A stretch of DNA of 63,402 nucleotides, the filler included, from Welwitschia mirabilis (taxonomy: Eukaryota), in assembly GCA_051453625.1 (NCBI GenBank). It is 6 parts of one record of this genome, joined end to end, with 100 filler letters (N's around TTAATTAATTAA, not from the genome) between each part and the next. Parts side by side here need not be neighbours in the genome. Positions count along the whole stretch, not along the records: positions 1 to 19,292 come from JBOZIK010000001.1; 5 more parts are not named here. One strand, written 5' to 3'. A model generated the notes under the pieces. That model was not told the origin of the DNA and did not search any database. It saw only the letters and a program-made list of their open reading frames with translations. The translations under genes were made by a program, and so were the position numbers. Every line of letters starts with the position of its first letter. Position 1 is the stretch's first letter. Shown here piece by piece: positions 1 to 12,714 of this stretch.

Positions 1-1099
1 TACAGTCCACTTCTTAAATTAGAATGATCTTTGTTATTCTAGACATAAACTTATGCAATTGATATACTAGAAAGAATAACTCATAAAATAATTGTATTCA
101 TTTATTTTCATAAATGTAGCATGTTTTTGTTTTTTCATTCTATCGTGTAGTGCTTTTGTGAAGAAATAGATGATTTATTATAGTTAAATCCAATTATAAA
201 TCTAATGTAAATTATTTGAAATGTTAGGCATTTGTTACTAAGGCATTATAAATGATAATATATGTTTCCATGCTATGAAGAATAATTTTTCTATTATTAT
301 AATAAGATAAATGTTTTATTCATGGTAATTTAGATCTAATAAGGGATATTTTAAAAGCAATATCAAATATATACTATTTTGACAATAACAAACATGATAA
401 ATAGTTTCATGTTATTGCTAATTACATTAACGTTTACACCTTCTCAAACATTGCTTCTATCATTATGTAAATATTCATGTGAGGAAAAAAAAATCATTTT
501 TTCTTATTATTTTTTAAAAATTTATCTCTTAAAAATAAAATTATATATAACCATTTAAACTATATTTTCAAACTATGGGCTTAAATTTCCTAGTTAAGAG
601 ATAATGTGTTGACATGCATTATAGTTTTAAATATAAACTTGGACTCTCATCAACATAAAACATGTTGCAGTGGAGTGAAGAGTATGAAGTATTGAATGAC
701 CCATATTGTTGCCCATTCTTAATCTCTACAATTTTGAGATGACATTTCAATGATTTTGGATGCAACAAAGGCTACTAATTAGGCACCTCTAAGATAAGAA
801 ATGGGATTATGCACAAGTTTGATTGTTGAAATAGCACAAAAAGAAATGAATTTATAAAAGTTATAAGAAATTATTGGAATGAAGATCGCATTTTGATGAA
901 TTTTTAAAATTTAAACCTTATATGAAATAAGAAATATAATTACCAATGTATGAAGTGCTAGAAATGTTACTAAAAGACTATAAATACTAGATTCTTATTC
1001 ATACATTTATTATTTAATTACTTTAACTCATGTACATTATTTTTCACTAATTGTTTTCTATTTTAAACTAAATTCTTAATATTAGGTAATTCATTCCCC

Positions 1100-2900
1100 A
1101 CATAGGAATTCAAGTCTATTCTTAAACAGCTTACCAATTCCCTCTTTATTGAGCTCTTACTTTTCTATGTATTAATACTTCTACTCATTCATAGGATGAT
1201 AAGGGACATGAAAATATTATTTACCTTCCTTTTCTTCCATCCATTTCATTTGTATTCTTGAACCTCTAAAGTACATCATTTTCTATAGACAAGCTGGTAG
1301 AATGTCCAGAAGCCCTAATGCTAGTCTTGGAACTTTTTTAATTGGTGGAGCTATTGATCCATACTTGTAGAAAAAGAATTTTCATCCAATTTATTTAGGA
1401 TCTTAAAGTCATAAAATCTCATTCTTGCAAAGGTCTTTCTTGACTTTAAGACATAACGCTTGCTCAAATGCAACATGTTGTGAAAGCTTATCAAAGTCTA
1501 GTACTGATTCTTGCTTTTTAAAAAGGCAAGGAATAATGTCTTCTTTAGAGACACATGCAGAAGAAGCAAAAATTATTTAAAGTGGTGAAAAATAAAGTAG
1601 TAGAAAATAAAATTTAAGAGAGGATGGTATTGGATTAAATCTAATTCCTAAATACCACTNNNNNNNNNNNNNNNNNNNNNNNNNNNNNNNNNNNNNNNNN
1701 NNNNNNNNNNNNNNNNNNNNNNNNNNNNNNNNNNNNNNNNNNNNNNNNNNNNNNNNNNNNNNNNNNNNNNNNNNNNNNNNNNNNNNNNNNNNNNNNNNNN
1801 NNNNNNNNNNNNNNNNNNNNNNNNNNNNNNNNNNNNNNNNNNNNNNNNNNNNNNNNNNNNNNNNNNNNNNNNNNNNNNNNNNNNNNNNNNNNNNNNNNNN
1901 NNNNNNNNNNNNNNNNNNNNNNNNNNNNNNNNNNNNNNNNNNNNNNNNNNNNNNNNNNNNNNNNNNNNNNNNNNNNNNNNNNNNNNNNNNNNNNNNNNNN
2001 NNNNNNNNNNNNNNNNNNNNNNNNNNNNNNNNNNNNNNNNNNNNNNNNNNNNNNNNNNNNNNNNNNNNNNNNNNNNNNNNNNNNNNNNNNNNNNNNNNNN
2101 NNNNNNNNNNNNNNNNNNNNNNNNNNNNNNNNNNNNNNNNNNNNNNNNNNNNNNNNNNNNNNNNNNNNNNNNNNNNNNNNNNNNNNNNNNNNNNNNNNNN
2201 NNNNNNNNNNNNNNNNNNNNNNNNNNNNNNNNNNNNNNNNNNNNNNNNNNNNNNNNNAACAACTAGAGATGTCAACACTCATTTAAATAAGAAAGATCTT
2301 TATCTTGCTATTGATTTCACTACAGTAATGGAAGCAACTGTCTAATAGATATTATTTAGTTATTCCTAATTTCATAAAGTGACTAGCATAAAAGTATTCA
2401 ATGACTTTTATAACCTTTAAAAAAATTATGTTAATCTTATATAACTAAAAAACTAAACTTTACTATTTTGGTTAATACTAATAAGTGATTTTAGTGGTAT
2501 AACCATTTTAACTCATACTTTGATAAGCTATTATTTCATTCTTCCTTACCTTCTTTTGTAAACCAAAAAAAAAAAAAATTTAAATCCATTTATTGTTATC
2601 AGGGATCCACCTATATTTCTTGGTATTGCCAAGTGAATTGAGTTTACTTTCATGACATCATCAAAGTCAATTCTTCTATTGTAGCTTTCAAGCATGTTTT
2701 GAAGTCTTTAGAATTGATTCTTTAATAACTTTACCCTTGTTGAATAACATTATGAAGAAATGTATTTCCTCGTTAAACAATATTTCAAACAAACTTGTGT
2801 GTTATTAACTATAGGATTCATTTTTTACAACTCAAAACATTAAATTTTTTGTGATATTAAATCTTATTACAATTTACCAATGATCATGCCTAGTACAATT
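1100..2900 (-). pseudogene. Degenerate hAT-superfamily transposase relic (DUF659/Tag1-like core plus C-terminal dimerisation region), interrupted by an N gap
   Basis: Minus-strand translation near 1420-1290 reads DPK*IG*KFFFYKYGSIAPPIKKVPRLALG, resembling the hAT C-terminal 'P..WW..YG..AP.L.K.A.R.L' segment. 2600-2780 loosely resembles the 'NVVQV.TDN' region. Many stops and frameshifts; boundaries approximate. Confidence 0.45.
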
Positions 2901-3256
2901 ACAACCTAGGCTTTGATAAAAAATGTAACAACCACATCTTTCACCCAAAAACTATGAATGTTACTATGATACTAAAATGTATCATCCTCAACATGTACCA
3001 TAGAGACTATGCGTTAATTACAAATTATCATGATAAAATAAAAAAATTGTTTTAATATTATACCAAAGTAGTAAATAGAAACCATTATCATCCTTTAAAT
3101 ATTTGTTTAAAATAGAGCTTAGAAATATTTACATTAAATATCCCTTGTTTCCAAGCTAAGGCATAGTTCATAAGATTAATTTAATTCAATTATTTCAAGC
3201 TTTGTATCAAGATTATAATGGCTAGAATAATACTGTCATATTACTTTGGCTTCTTT

Positions 3257-3265
3257 TGTGTGTGT

Positions 3266-3316
<51 letters not shown>

Positions 3317-3340
3317 CGTGCGCGCGCGCACGCGCGTGTG
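3257..3340. repeat. Compound microsatellite (TG)n followed by a (CG)n-rich tract
   Basis: Directly visible: tgtgtg...tgcgcgcgtgcgcgcgcgcacgcgcgtgtg. Confidence 0.95.
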
Positions 3341-3649
3341 TCAAAAGTATGAACTAAAATAATGATCAAGTATATAATTATTTCAAATAACTTAAAAACA
3401 ATATAAGTGCATATAGTAATTGTATTTGATTCCATAATGTTCAAAGACACAAAGACAAATAGCCAATAAGTAACATACAACCTAAAGATAAAGTATATTA
3501 CAGATAAAAAGACTATAAATTTTATATTTATAATTTAACATAAGAAGATCAAAAGTTATATTAGGATAAAAATCACTCCTATTAATATTTTTAAGCATAA
3601 GTTATATAATAAATATTTCATTTTCACATGCCCTCCTCAGTATCGTGGT

Positions 3650-4322
3650 ATGAATTTATGCAAAATGCAAAATGCAAAGCAAGATAAATTTGAAATACAA
3701 TGGTATGGGATGCAAATGGAATGAGTTCTTCTTAAACATTAATCCTCCTACCATAAGAACTATTTCTATATAACTTAGATCAACTAGAAAATTTCTATTA
3801 CTTGTTCCTAGATAACATAAACTATTAAAATTGCCAAATACAGTATGGATAATGCAATATGAAATTAAAATGAATTAATAACTCAAATCTAAACTAACAT
3901 AAGCAATCTTAACTAAGCTTGACCTAAAAAAATTATAGAATTGTTACTAAGCTATAACCAACTTAAACCATAAGTGACATAAATACAATTGTAGTGAAAA
4001 GAGTATCCAAATTAGTCATAGAACATTTACATAGATTTATAACAAAGTAGTAGCTCCTTAATGAAGGATACTCAACTTAACACCAAAGGTAACATCTCTT
4101 TAGAGCTATTGCACGGACTTCTTCTTCTTCAGTCTTTCATCACAAGAACATTGGATATAAAAGATGGAAGTAAAGTGAAAAGAAGAAAGGTTATTTATAG
4201 TTTTACATTAAAGTTCTAAAATCTTACTCCTAGAAGTTAGAAAAGAAACCTAGCAGCCAAAATGGATCACATGACCTCATCACGAAGATAATTCTTTTCA
4301 TCATGGAAAATAGCTATCATCA
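3650..4322 (-). mobile_element. Partial LTR of an Athila-like family (family B), truncated at the Sirevirus LTR
   Basis: Colinear with copies at 19393-20504, ~35990-37080, 39494-40151 and ~50380-51518 (shared blocks ttataacaaagtag..., aaagatggaa...tatttatagttttacatt). Confidence 0.75.
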
Positions 4323-5657
4323 TAAAAATTTAATGAATAATGTTTAAAATATAAATACTTTACTTGAAAAATAATCACTAAAAACTTATGCATAAAAATG
4401 AAAATTATTTTAAAAAATGAAAATAATAGAAAACACAAAAATACTGATCATATGCACATAAGTTTTATAGTGGTTCCGGAAGACTCCCTACTTTACTCTA
4501 GAAGATCAACTTCTGTTTAAGCCTGATCCAGATCTCTGTTAAACTTTTCTAAGTATTGTAGATTCACCTATAACCTTTAAAAATGGACTTTTTATGAAGG
4601 CTTAGTCTCAACCCTTTTACAAAAAAGCATAGAAGTAATGATAGTATGTCCAAGTGCATAGGTATCATTCAATCTTTGGCTCAATAAGAATAATGGACAT
4701 TTCTCTTGAAGATGATATAATCTAAGAATAATAGAATGCTATAGATCTAACCTTGTATGCAAAGATACTACAAATGTTGATTTGTCTTTGGTTAAGAATG
4801 CAAAGCCAAATAAGTATAATGATCAATCACAAGATTGAATGGTCTAGCAAAAGTTGTAACAATGATTGAACTCTTGGATATTTATAATAGAAGACTTTTA
4901 AGATTATTACAAGTGAGAATGCACTTTCAATAGCCATAAAATGGCTACATAATGGTTATAAAATTTGTGTTTCTATCCTAGCCTATCAACCTCTCTAACA
5001 TCCAGTCAATCCCTCCAGATGCTATCACTTAAACAGGTTACCCTAATGAACTTTTTGATCAACTTAGTTTCTTATGGCTCTATGTCCGATTGACCTCTTA
5101 GAGTTTGGTTAACCACTTATACATTTACCTGCATGTCCATCTAGTCACCTGCTTGGTTTTGATAAAATTTGTTTCAATTTTTTTGCATTAGATCCAATCA
5201 ACTCTTCAGGAATCTTATTCATCCATTTCTAACCAAATGTAAATTATTGATGCTTAGTTCTTAGATTTGATCGACCCTTCAGGTGTTTAGTCAACCCCTT
5301 GATGATTGGCTAAGAAGTATTAGGTGTATAGTACTTAGGTCTAATTGATTCATCATATGTCTAGTTGACCCCTTAGTGATTAGTTTAAGAGAGTTAGTTC
5401 TTAGGTTCATAGATCTAGTTGATCCCTTAGAAGTCTAGTCAATCCCTCTAGATTCAGTTTATTTTAGAGAATTTGTTTCAAATGTGGTTGACCCCTTAAG
5501 AGGATAACAAAACTTCATAAATTTCAGGATTAAAATGTAACAAACATTGCTTTAGCTTCTGACCTGCAAGTGATCAATATTTTTTGCACAAAATACAACA
5601 AATTGTACTACACAAAAAAATATTAGTTTGACATTAACTGATAATGATAATTTAAAA
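4323..5657 (-). repeat. 3' LTR of the Sirevirus-type element (outer ~40 bp missing)
   Basis: Aligns by eye to 12755-14128 plus 15174-15190. Contains many degenerate (a/t)gtcgaccc-type motifs at ~4980-5500. Confidence 0.9.
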
Positions 5658-6126
5658 TTCTCCCTCTTTGATACTGATAGCAAACATGCTCTTGGTTAAG
5701 GAGATTAGATTTGGAAAAACTTTTCCTTACAAAATGCCTATTAATTTTTGCAAAAATATTAAACCTTTTATATCAAGTTAGATATTTTGATAAGTCCTCA
5801 AATTTTGCCAAAATTTAAAGACAATTTTAAGTGCCAAAATATATGATAAATTACATTTTAATCATGAAATATTGAAATACAAAATTTTAGTTCACATTGA
5901 ACATAGATGTGCACTAGAAATTTTAGATACAAATTATAAAGCATAAAAACAAGTGCAATTCTATTACTAAAAGAGATAAACATTATAATAAAAGATTCTC
6001 ATTAAGAGTAAATACATCTGAAAAAATAATAAGAAACGAACTAATTCTCATCCTTTTAACATCAATAATAAAAGAAAGAAATACACATAAGCATAAAGGA
6101 AAAAAACATAAGCATGAATAAAAGAT

Positions 6127-7181
6127 CTAGTCAGATTCCTCTTTTTCTTCCTCTTCTTCAAATTCTTCCCAAAAATATTCTTCTTCTATCTTTTCTTCTT
6201 ATTTGGTTTCCTTTCATGATGAACTTTTAGCTTCTTTAGAAGTATCAGCACTCTCATATTCAACTGCAATAGCATATTTTTTCATATGCCTAGTACAAGA
6301 GTTAATCTGCCTTAGGTATGAAAGTATCTCTTCTAGAGAGGCTTGCTTGGGAGAAGAAGACTTAGAGGAATCTTTAATGCAACAAAGATATGTATGCGAG
6401 ATAATGTTGCATATCCAATGGATAAAATAAGTTGAAGGATTTCATGCTTTAGGTGAAACATCACTCGATAATGATAGCACATATTAGCAATCAACACATA
6501 GTAGGGTAGAGTTCTAGTTTTGTGGTACTCCAACTAAGAAACCATATTTTTAGTATAATGATAGGGCATCAATGGAGTGCCTAGTCCCTACCAAATACAT
6601 CAAATAGTCCCTATAGTTAGAGGTCTCATCATAATGGCCCACCAATGATAAAAAGTTATAGGTAAAAACTAAGTGAAGGAAATGATATTTTAGAGTAAGA
6701 AAAGAAGTAGAAATGGTATACTTTCAACTATAGAACTAACCATAAATCTCTTAGTAACTTTTTATTTATCTTCCATGGAGTCATGAAAAGGAAAAAACTT
6801 TTCATAATCTCCTTTTGGAAGATCAGTAATAGCTTCAATAAAGTGTACAGTAATTTTCATCTTCTTTCCTAAAACTAGAGTTTCAAAGGTTTCAAAGTTA
6901 ATATTGTAAGAAGTATTATAATACGACATTCTAATAAGGAAAGAATAAGCTAAACCTGAAACATTAAGAAAATAAGATAGATCCTAATCTTGTAAGAGAT
7001 GGATTACATCTCTAAGCTCCCTAAGCTCTAAAGTAGCAATAGATCTTTTCTAGCACACATGTTTCTCCTTAAATTTCTCAGAGAACTTTTCCAAAGCATC
7101 TTTAGACATTCCCTGGTAGAAATAAGAAGGATCTCTATCTATAACCTCTTTAGTCCTTTTCTTGAAGGATTCCTCAACCAT
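6127..7181 (-). pseudogene. env-like accessory ORF of the Sirevirus-type element (stops present)
   Basis: Starts MVEESFKKRTKEVID. Contains AYSFLIRMSYYN, FETLVLGKKMKITVHF, LTLKYHFLHLVFTYNFLSLVGHYDE and TLPYYVLIANMC, and ends in an acidic tail. Lies between RNase H and the 3' LTR. Confidence 0.7.
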
Positions 7182-7504
7182 TGATGTTACTTGACAAAAG
7201 TTTAAAGGCAAGAAAAACATTAGATCTGAAAGAGACAGGAGGCTACAACATAATGAAAAGGGTTTGGGCTCTACTTGCTTTTATAGAGAAGGTCAATTAG
7301 GGTGATTTTAAGAAAGAAATTAGGTCTACCAATAGTAATTTCACACTATAATCCTATAGGTTTGGTCAACCTATTGGAGTTCTAATCAACCTATTGAGAT
7401 GCGGATCTATAGCGCAATAAGGATCTCGGTGAATGGGCTTTGAAGTTAGTCAACCAATTTCTCCAATCAACTAAATCATAGATCTAATTGATCTTACTAC
7501 AATT

Positions 7505-10500
7505 AGTTAGAGGATGGTAATATAACCCCTAGTTCATTCCAAAGATGAATAAAATTATTAAAATTATGGGGTTCGGTAAACATATCTACTAGTTGCTGAT
7601 CTGTGCTAGTAAAATTCATAGTAATGTTTCTTTTTCAACTTAATCTTTAAAAAAGTAATATCTTAGTTCAATATGTTTTATTCTTAAGTGCTGAACAGCA
7701 TTTTTAAAAATGTTTATAGCATTGTTATTATTATCAAAAGTAAGAAATTGTTTAAATTTTACACCAAAGTCCTTTAGCATTTCTTTCATCCAAAGAAGAT
7801 AAACACAACAAATCCCTATTATAATATACTCAGCTTCTGCTATTAAAAAGGAGATTGAATTTTACTTTTTGCTTGCCTATCATACTCAGTATGATCTTAA
7901 TAGAAACTAATTTCTACTTGTACTTTTTCTATAATCTTTGCCTATAGCCTAATCCACATCACTAAAACCTATAAGATTAAAGGATGTCTTTTTAGAATAC
8001 CACAAACCATAATTACATGTGCCTTTCACATATCTAATGATTATTTTTACTACTTGTAAGTGAAATTATTTTAGTTGGATTTGATATCTTACATAAACAT
8101 AAATATTAAATATAATGTCTAGTCTACTTATAGTTAATATAATAAACTTCTAATCATGCTCCTATAAAGCTTCTGATCTACTAATTTTCCACTTCCATTC
8201 AAACTGACTTTACAAGATGTTAACATTAGGGTATCAATTATTTTGGCATTCTTTAATTCAAAACATTTGATTAAATATTTTACACATTTATATTGGAAAA
8301 TAGATATTCCATTCTTCATTTGCTTGATCTGTAAACCAAGAAATATTTTCACTTCACAAAGCATGCTCATTTCAAAATGTGTTGTCATAATTGTTGCAAA
8401 TTATTTTTATCATCCTTCATTAGAGGCATCAAATATGATATCGTTCACATAGATTTGTATAATGATGAACTCCTTTTTTAGATTCTTAATAAATAAAGTG
8501 TTATCTACCATTCCACCATATAACCATTATCATGCAAAAAAGTGAGTAAGTTTTCATACTAAGCTTTTAAAGCTTGCTTTAACTCATAGAAAGCTTTCTT
8601 AAGTCTATAACTATGATTAGATTTATGAGGATCAATAAAACCTTGTAGTTGCTCTATATAAACTTCTTTATTTAATGTATCATCTAAAAATGCACTCTAT
8701 ACATACATTTGATACACTTTGAGATTTTTAAAGCCCGCAAATGATAAAAACATTCGAATGCTATTAAACCTTGCAACTAGAGCAAATGTGTCACCTATAT
8801 CAATGCCTTCTATTTGGTTGTAGCCTTGTACTACTAGTCTTGCTTTGTTTTTAATGATAGTGTTTTCTTTATCACACTCATTATTAAAGATCCACTTTGT
8901 CCCAATGATATTTTTATCTTTTAGTCTTTCCACAAGCTTCCAAATATCATTTTTCTTTAATTATTATAATTTGTCTTACATAGTCATCATCCATTATTCA
9001 TGGGGTTTAGCTTCTTTAAATTTTTTTTGGTTCTATTTGAGACACATAACAAATGTGGGCACAAAAATTCTTCATAGAACTCCTTGTCTTTGTTTTTTAG
9101 CTAACTACACCAATGATAAATCCTAAAGGATAATCTTTTAGCTCTTTGGACTTTTTAGTTGTGACTTCTTTTGTAGGGGCTTCTTTATTTTTATTTTATA
9201 CTACATTAGTTGTGGTGGTACTTGGAGATATGTCTTCTTCATCATTTGAACCAATAAGCCTTCTGCCAACATTATCAATTTGTACATTTATTGATTCTCC
9301 TATAGTTAAATTTCTCTTGTTGAAGACACAATAAGATCTACTTGTAGTTGAATAACCTAAAAATATAGCTTCATCAGTTTTAGATTTAAATTTTCTTAAC
9401 AGATCTCTATCTTTTAATACATAGAATTTACTTCTAAAGATTTTAAAATATGAAACATTAGGTTGCCTCCCTTTCCACAACTCATATGTTATTTTCTCTG
9501 TACCAAGTCTGAGATAAACTTTGTTGATTATATAGCATACAGTGCTAATAGACTCAGCTCAAAATGATTTTGGAACCTCTTTGTCACTTAACAGAGTTCA
9601 TGCCATTTCTTGGAGGACTCTGTTCTTTCTTTTAGTTATACGATTTTTTTATGACATTTTAGGGGCTGAAAATTGGTGATTAATTCCATTATCAATGCAA
9701 TATTTCTTAAATAAATGGTTTTCAAATTCACCACCATCGTCACTTCTTAATTTCTTTATGGTATACCCTTTCTCATTTTAAATCTTGTTGTATATCTAAA
9801 CACAATATTTGTAAGTTTAGATTTATTTGAAAGAAATTAAACCCATGTATATCTAGAAAAATCATTAACTATAGTAAGAAAATAACTTTACCACCTAGAC
9901 TTTGAATTTTAACAGGGCCTACCAAGTCCATATGAATGAGCTCTAATGGTATAGTTGTAGAAACTTGATTTTTACTTTTATGTAAAGTTCTTTTTTGTTT
10001 TCTCTTTTGGCACACATCACATAAACCCTATTTTTCTACATTTATTTTAGGAATACATTTTATAATATTTTTACAAATAATTATTTTCAATTGATCATAA
10101 TTAACGTGGCCTAGTCGTTTATGCCAAATCTCTTATTGAGTAACATGAAAAAAATAATAAGGGAAAAATAATTGATCTATGCTATAAACATTTTCTATTC
10201 TATTTTATCTAAGGATAATATCATTTGATTTGCCATATAAAATTTCACATTTAAACTTATTAAAAACTACCTTATAACCTATATCGTAGATTTGTCTAAT
10301 ACTTAGTAAATTATGCTTTAAGCCATTAACATATAAAACTTTATTAATTCTAGGTATGTTACCTCCACCGATGCTTCAGATACCTTGGATTTTTTCTCTT
10401 CCATTGTCATCAAAAGTAACTTTTCCTCTATTAAAGTTACTCAATTGTTTGAATTTAAATTTGTCTTCCATCATGTATCTTGAGCATCCACTATCTAAGT

Positions 10501-12648
10501 ACAAGCAACTACCATTTGAGATCTTGAAAAATGTCTGGATTAAGAGACTTTTCAAATCATTATCTTTTATCTACTTAGTCTTTTTAGACTTATGTGATAT
10601 ACCTCCTTTTATAATAAATTTAAAAGGAAAAGAACTGACTGAGTTTGAAAATAACATTAACTTTCTAGCACTATAAAATAGTTCTAAATGACCTAACTTA
10701 TCATAGAAATGACAAGTAACTTTAGAAATAAACTTGTTTTGCCAATTACATGATTTTGCTAACCTTTTTATTTTTGGAAAATGAAGCTAATACCTAACTT
10801 ATCATAAGTCTATTTCCAAATTTCAAGCAACTATTCTAATTTAGATAAATCACTAGAAAATTTATTAATACAATAAGATAAATCATTTACCTATAAAATG
10901 AGATCAAAATTTTCAATTTGATCTTTTTGTAATTTGATTCCATTTCCTTCTTTTATTTAATGAGAGACTTTACAATCTTATTTAAATCATTGATTCTCTT
11001 TATCAATGTTTCACATTTTAAGTATAGTTCTTGACAAGTATCTTTTACTTCATCCTATTCTTCTTCAATCACATCCAAATCATTAGGTTCTAATGTGCTA
11101 AGAATGTTCTAAAGTGGAGGCACAATTGCCATAAAGGATAGTCTTCTATCTCAGCCGATTCTTGACCTGAACTACTATCATTATTCTCATCCACATTATC
11201 CCATATTACAAAAAATGAAAATGTCGTAGATTCTCTATAATCCCTTTTATTATTTGAGCACTCATTTATCATATGTCCAAATCCTTTATATGTGTTGCAT
11301 TGGATTTCTCTCCTTTATCTTGCTCCTTCCTATATTTTGGATGTTCTTATCTCATACCTCTACTTGAATTACCTTTCTTTTTACTTATATTCAAGAATTT
11401 CTTGAATCTTCTTGCTAAGAGAGCAACTTCATCATCATCTAGTTCTTCATCTGAATTATTTGACTTATACTCTTTCTGCACACATTTAAAAGCAATACCT
11501 TTCTTCTTATCTTTAGAAAATTTTAATTCATATGTTTGTAAATTACCTTAAATCTCTTCTACTACCATTATGTTGATATTTCTTTCTTCAATTGCTATTA
11601 CCTTTGGTTCAAATTTATTTTGTAGTGATCTTAGCACTTTTATAATTACTTTTACTTCATCAAATCATTCATCTAGACTTGTCATATAATNNNNNNNNNN
11701 NNNNNNNNNNNNNNNNNNNNNNNNNNNNNNNNNNNNNNNNNNNNNNNNNNNNNNNNNNNNNNNNNNNNNNNNNNNNNNNNNNNNNNNNNNNNNNNNNNNN
11801 NNNNNNNNNNNNNNNNNNNNNNNNNNNNNNNNNNNNNNNNNNNNNNNNNNNNNNNNNNNNNNNNNNNNNNNNNNNNNNNNNNNNNNNNNNNNNNNNNNNN
11901 NNNNNNNNNNNNNNNNNNNNNNNNNNNNNNNNNNNNNNNNNNNNNNNNNNNNNNNNNNNNNNNNNNNNNNNNNNNNNNNNNNNNNNNNNNNNNNNNNNNN
12001 NNNNNNNNNNNNNNNNNNNNNNNNNNNNNNNNNNNNNNNNNNNNNNNNNNNNNNNNNNNNNNNNNNNNNNNNNNNNNNNNNNNNNNNNNNNNNNNNNNNN
12101 NNNNNNNNNNNNNNNNNNNNNNNNNNNNNNNNNNNNNNNNNNNNNNNNNNNNNNNNNNNNNNNNNNNNNNNNNNNNNNNNNNNNNNNNNNNNNNNNNNNN
12201 NNNNNNNNNNNNNNNNNNNNNNNNNNNNNNNNNNNNNNNNNNNNNNNNNNNNNNNNNNNNNNNNNNNNNNNNNNNNNNNNNNNNNNNNNNNNNNNNNNNN
12301 NNNNNNNNNNNNNNNNNNNNNNNNNNNNNNNNNNNNNNNNNNNNNNNNNNNNNNNNNNNNNNNNNNNNNNNNNNNNNNNNNNNNNNNNNNNNNNNNNNNN
12401 NNNNNNNNNNNNNNNNNNNNNNNNNNNNNNNNNNNNNNNNNNNNNNNNAAGTTTTTAGGACTAAAATGGTATTACCTTTTGCATCAATTTTTGCTAATGT
12501 AATCATAGTATATCCTTTATAAATAATCTCTTCCTTTGACATCTAGGGATCTGAGGAAGATTTTCATTTAAGCTTTCTAATAAGCATAATTTGATCCATC
12601 GAGCATAGGTAGATAACCAGTGGAAAATCCATTAGACGAATTACTCAT
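7505..12648 (-). pseudogene. Copia gag-pol polyprotein, disrupted
   Basis: gag start MSNSSNGFSTGYLPMLDGSNYAY*KA*MKIFLRSLD; KVLRSLQNKFEPKVIAIEE; zinc knuckle ~11290; protease YLDSGCSRYM ~10500; WHKRLGH ~10125; integrase LELIHMDLVGP and LRSDDGGEFEN; RT IGTKWIF...KNKARLVVQGYNQIEGID; RNase H LLWMKEMLKDFG and QQLVDMFTEP. Confidence 0.93.
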
Positions 12649-12701
12649 TTTTGAGTTCTAGAGTCTAGATCAATTAAAATATTAATAAGGACTCAATTGA
12701 A

Positions 12702-12712
12702 CTCTAATACCA
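12702..12712 (-). promoter_or_regulatory. Primer-binding site (tRNA-Met type) of the Sirevirus-type element
   Basis: Minus strand TGGTATTAGAG, close to canonical TGGTATCAGAGC, 2 nt inside the LTR boundary at 12715. Confidence 0.85.
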
Positions 12713-12714
12713 AT

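Noticed and set aside
100..960. Possible Ac-type hAT transposase relic on the plus strand (SST*NML, IRNYW)
   Set aside because: Motif resemblance is too weak to support without a search.
1577..2282. Long ORFs in the track here and at 11679-12542, 24724-25443, 58952-60039 and 60876-61907
   Set aside because: They consist of X residues translated from N gaps.
3241..3480. 79-aa ORF with an HTHT/ARAR tract
   Set aside because: Translation of a microsatellite.
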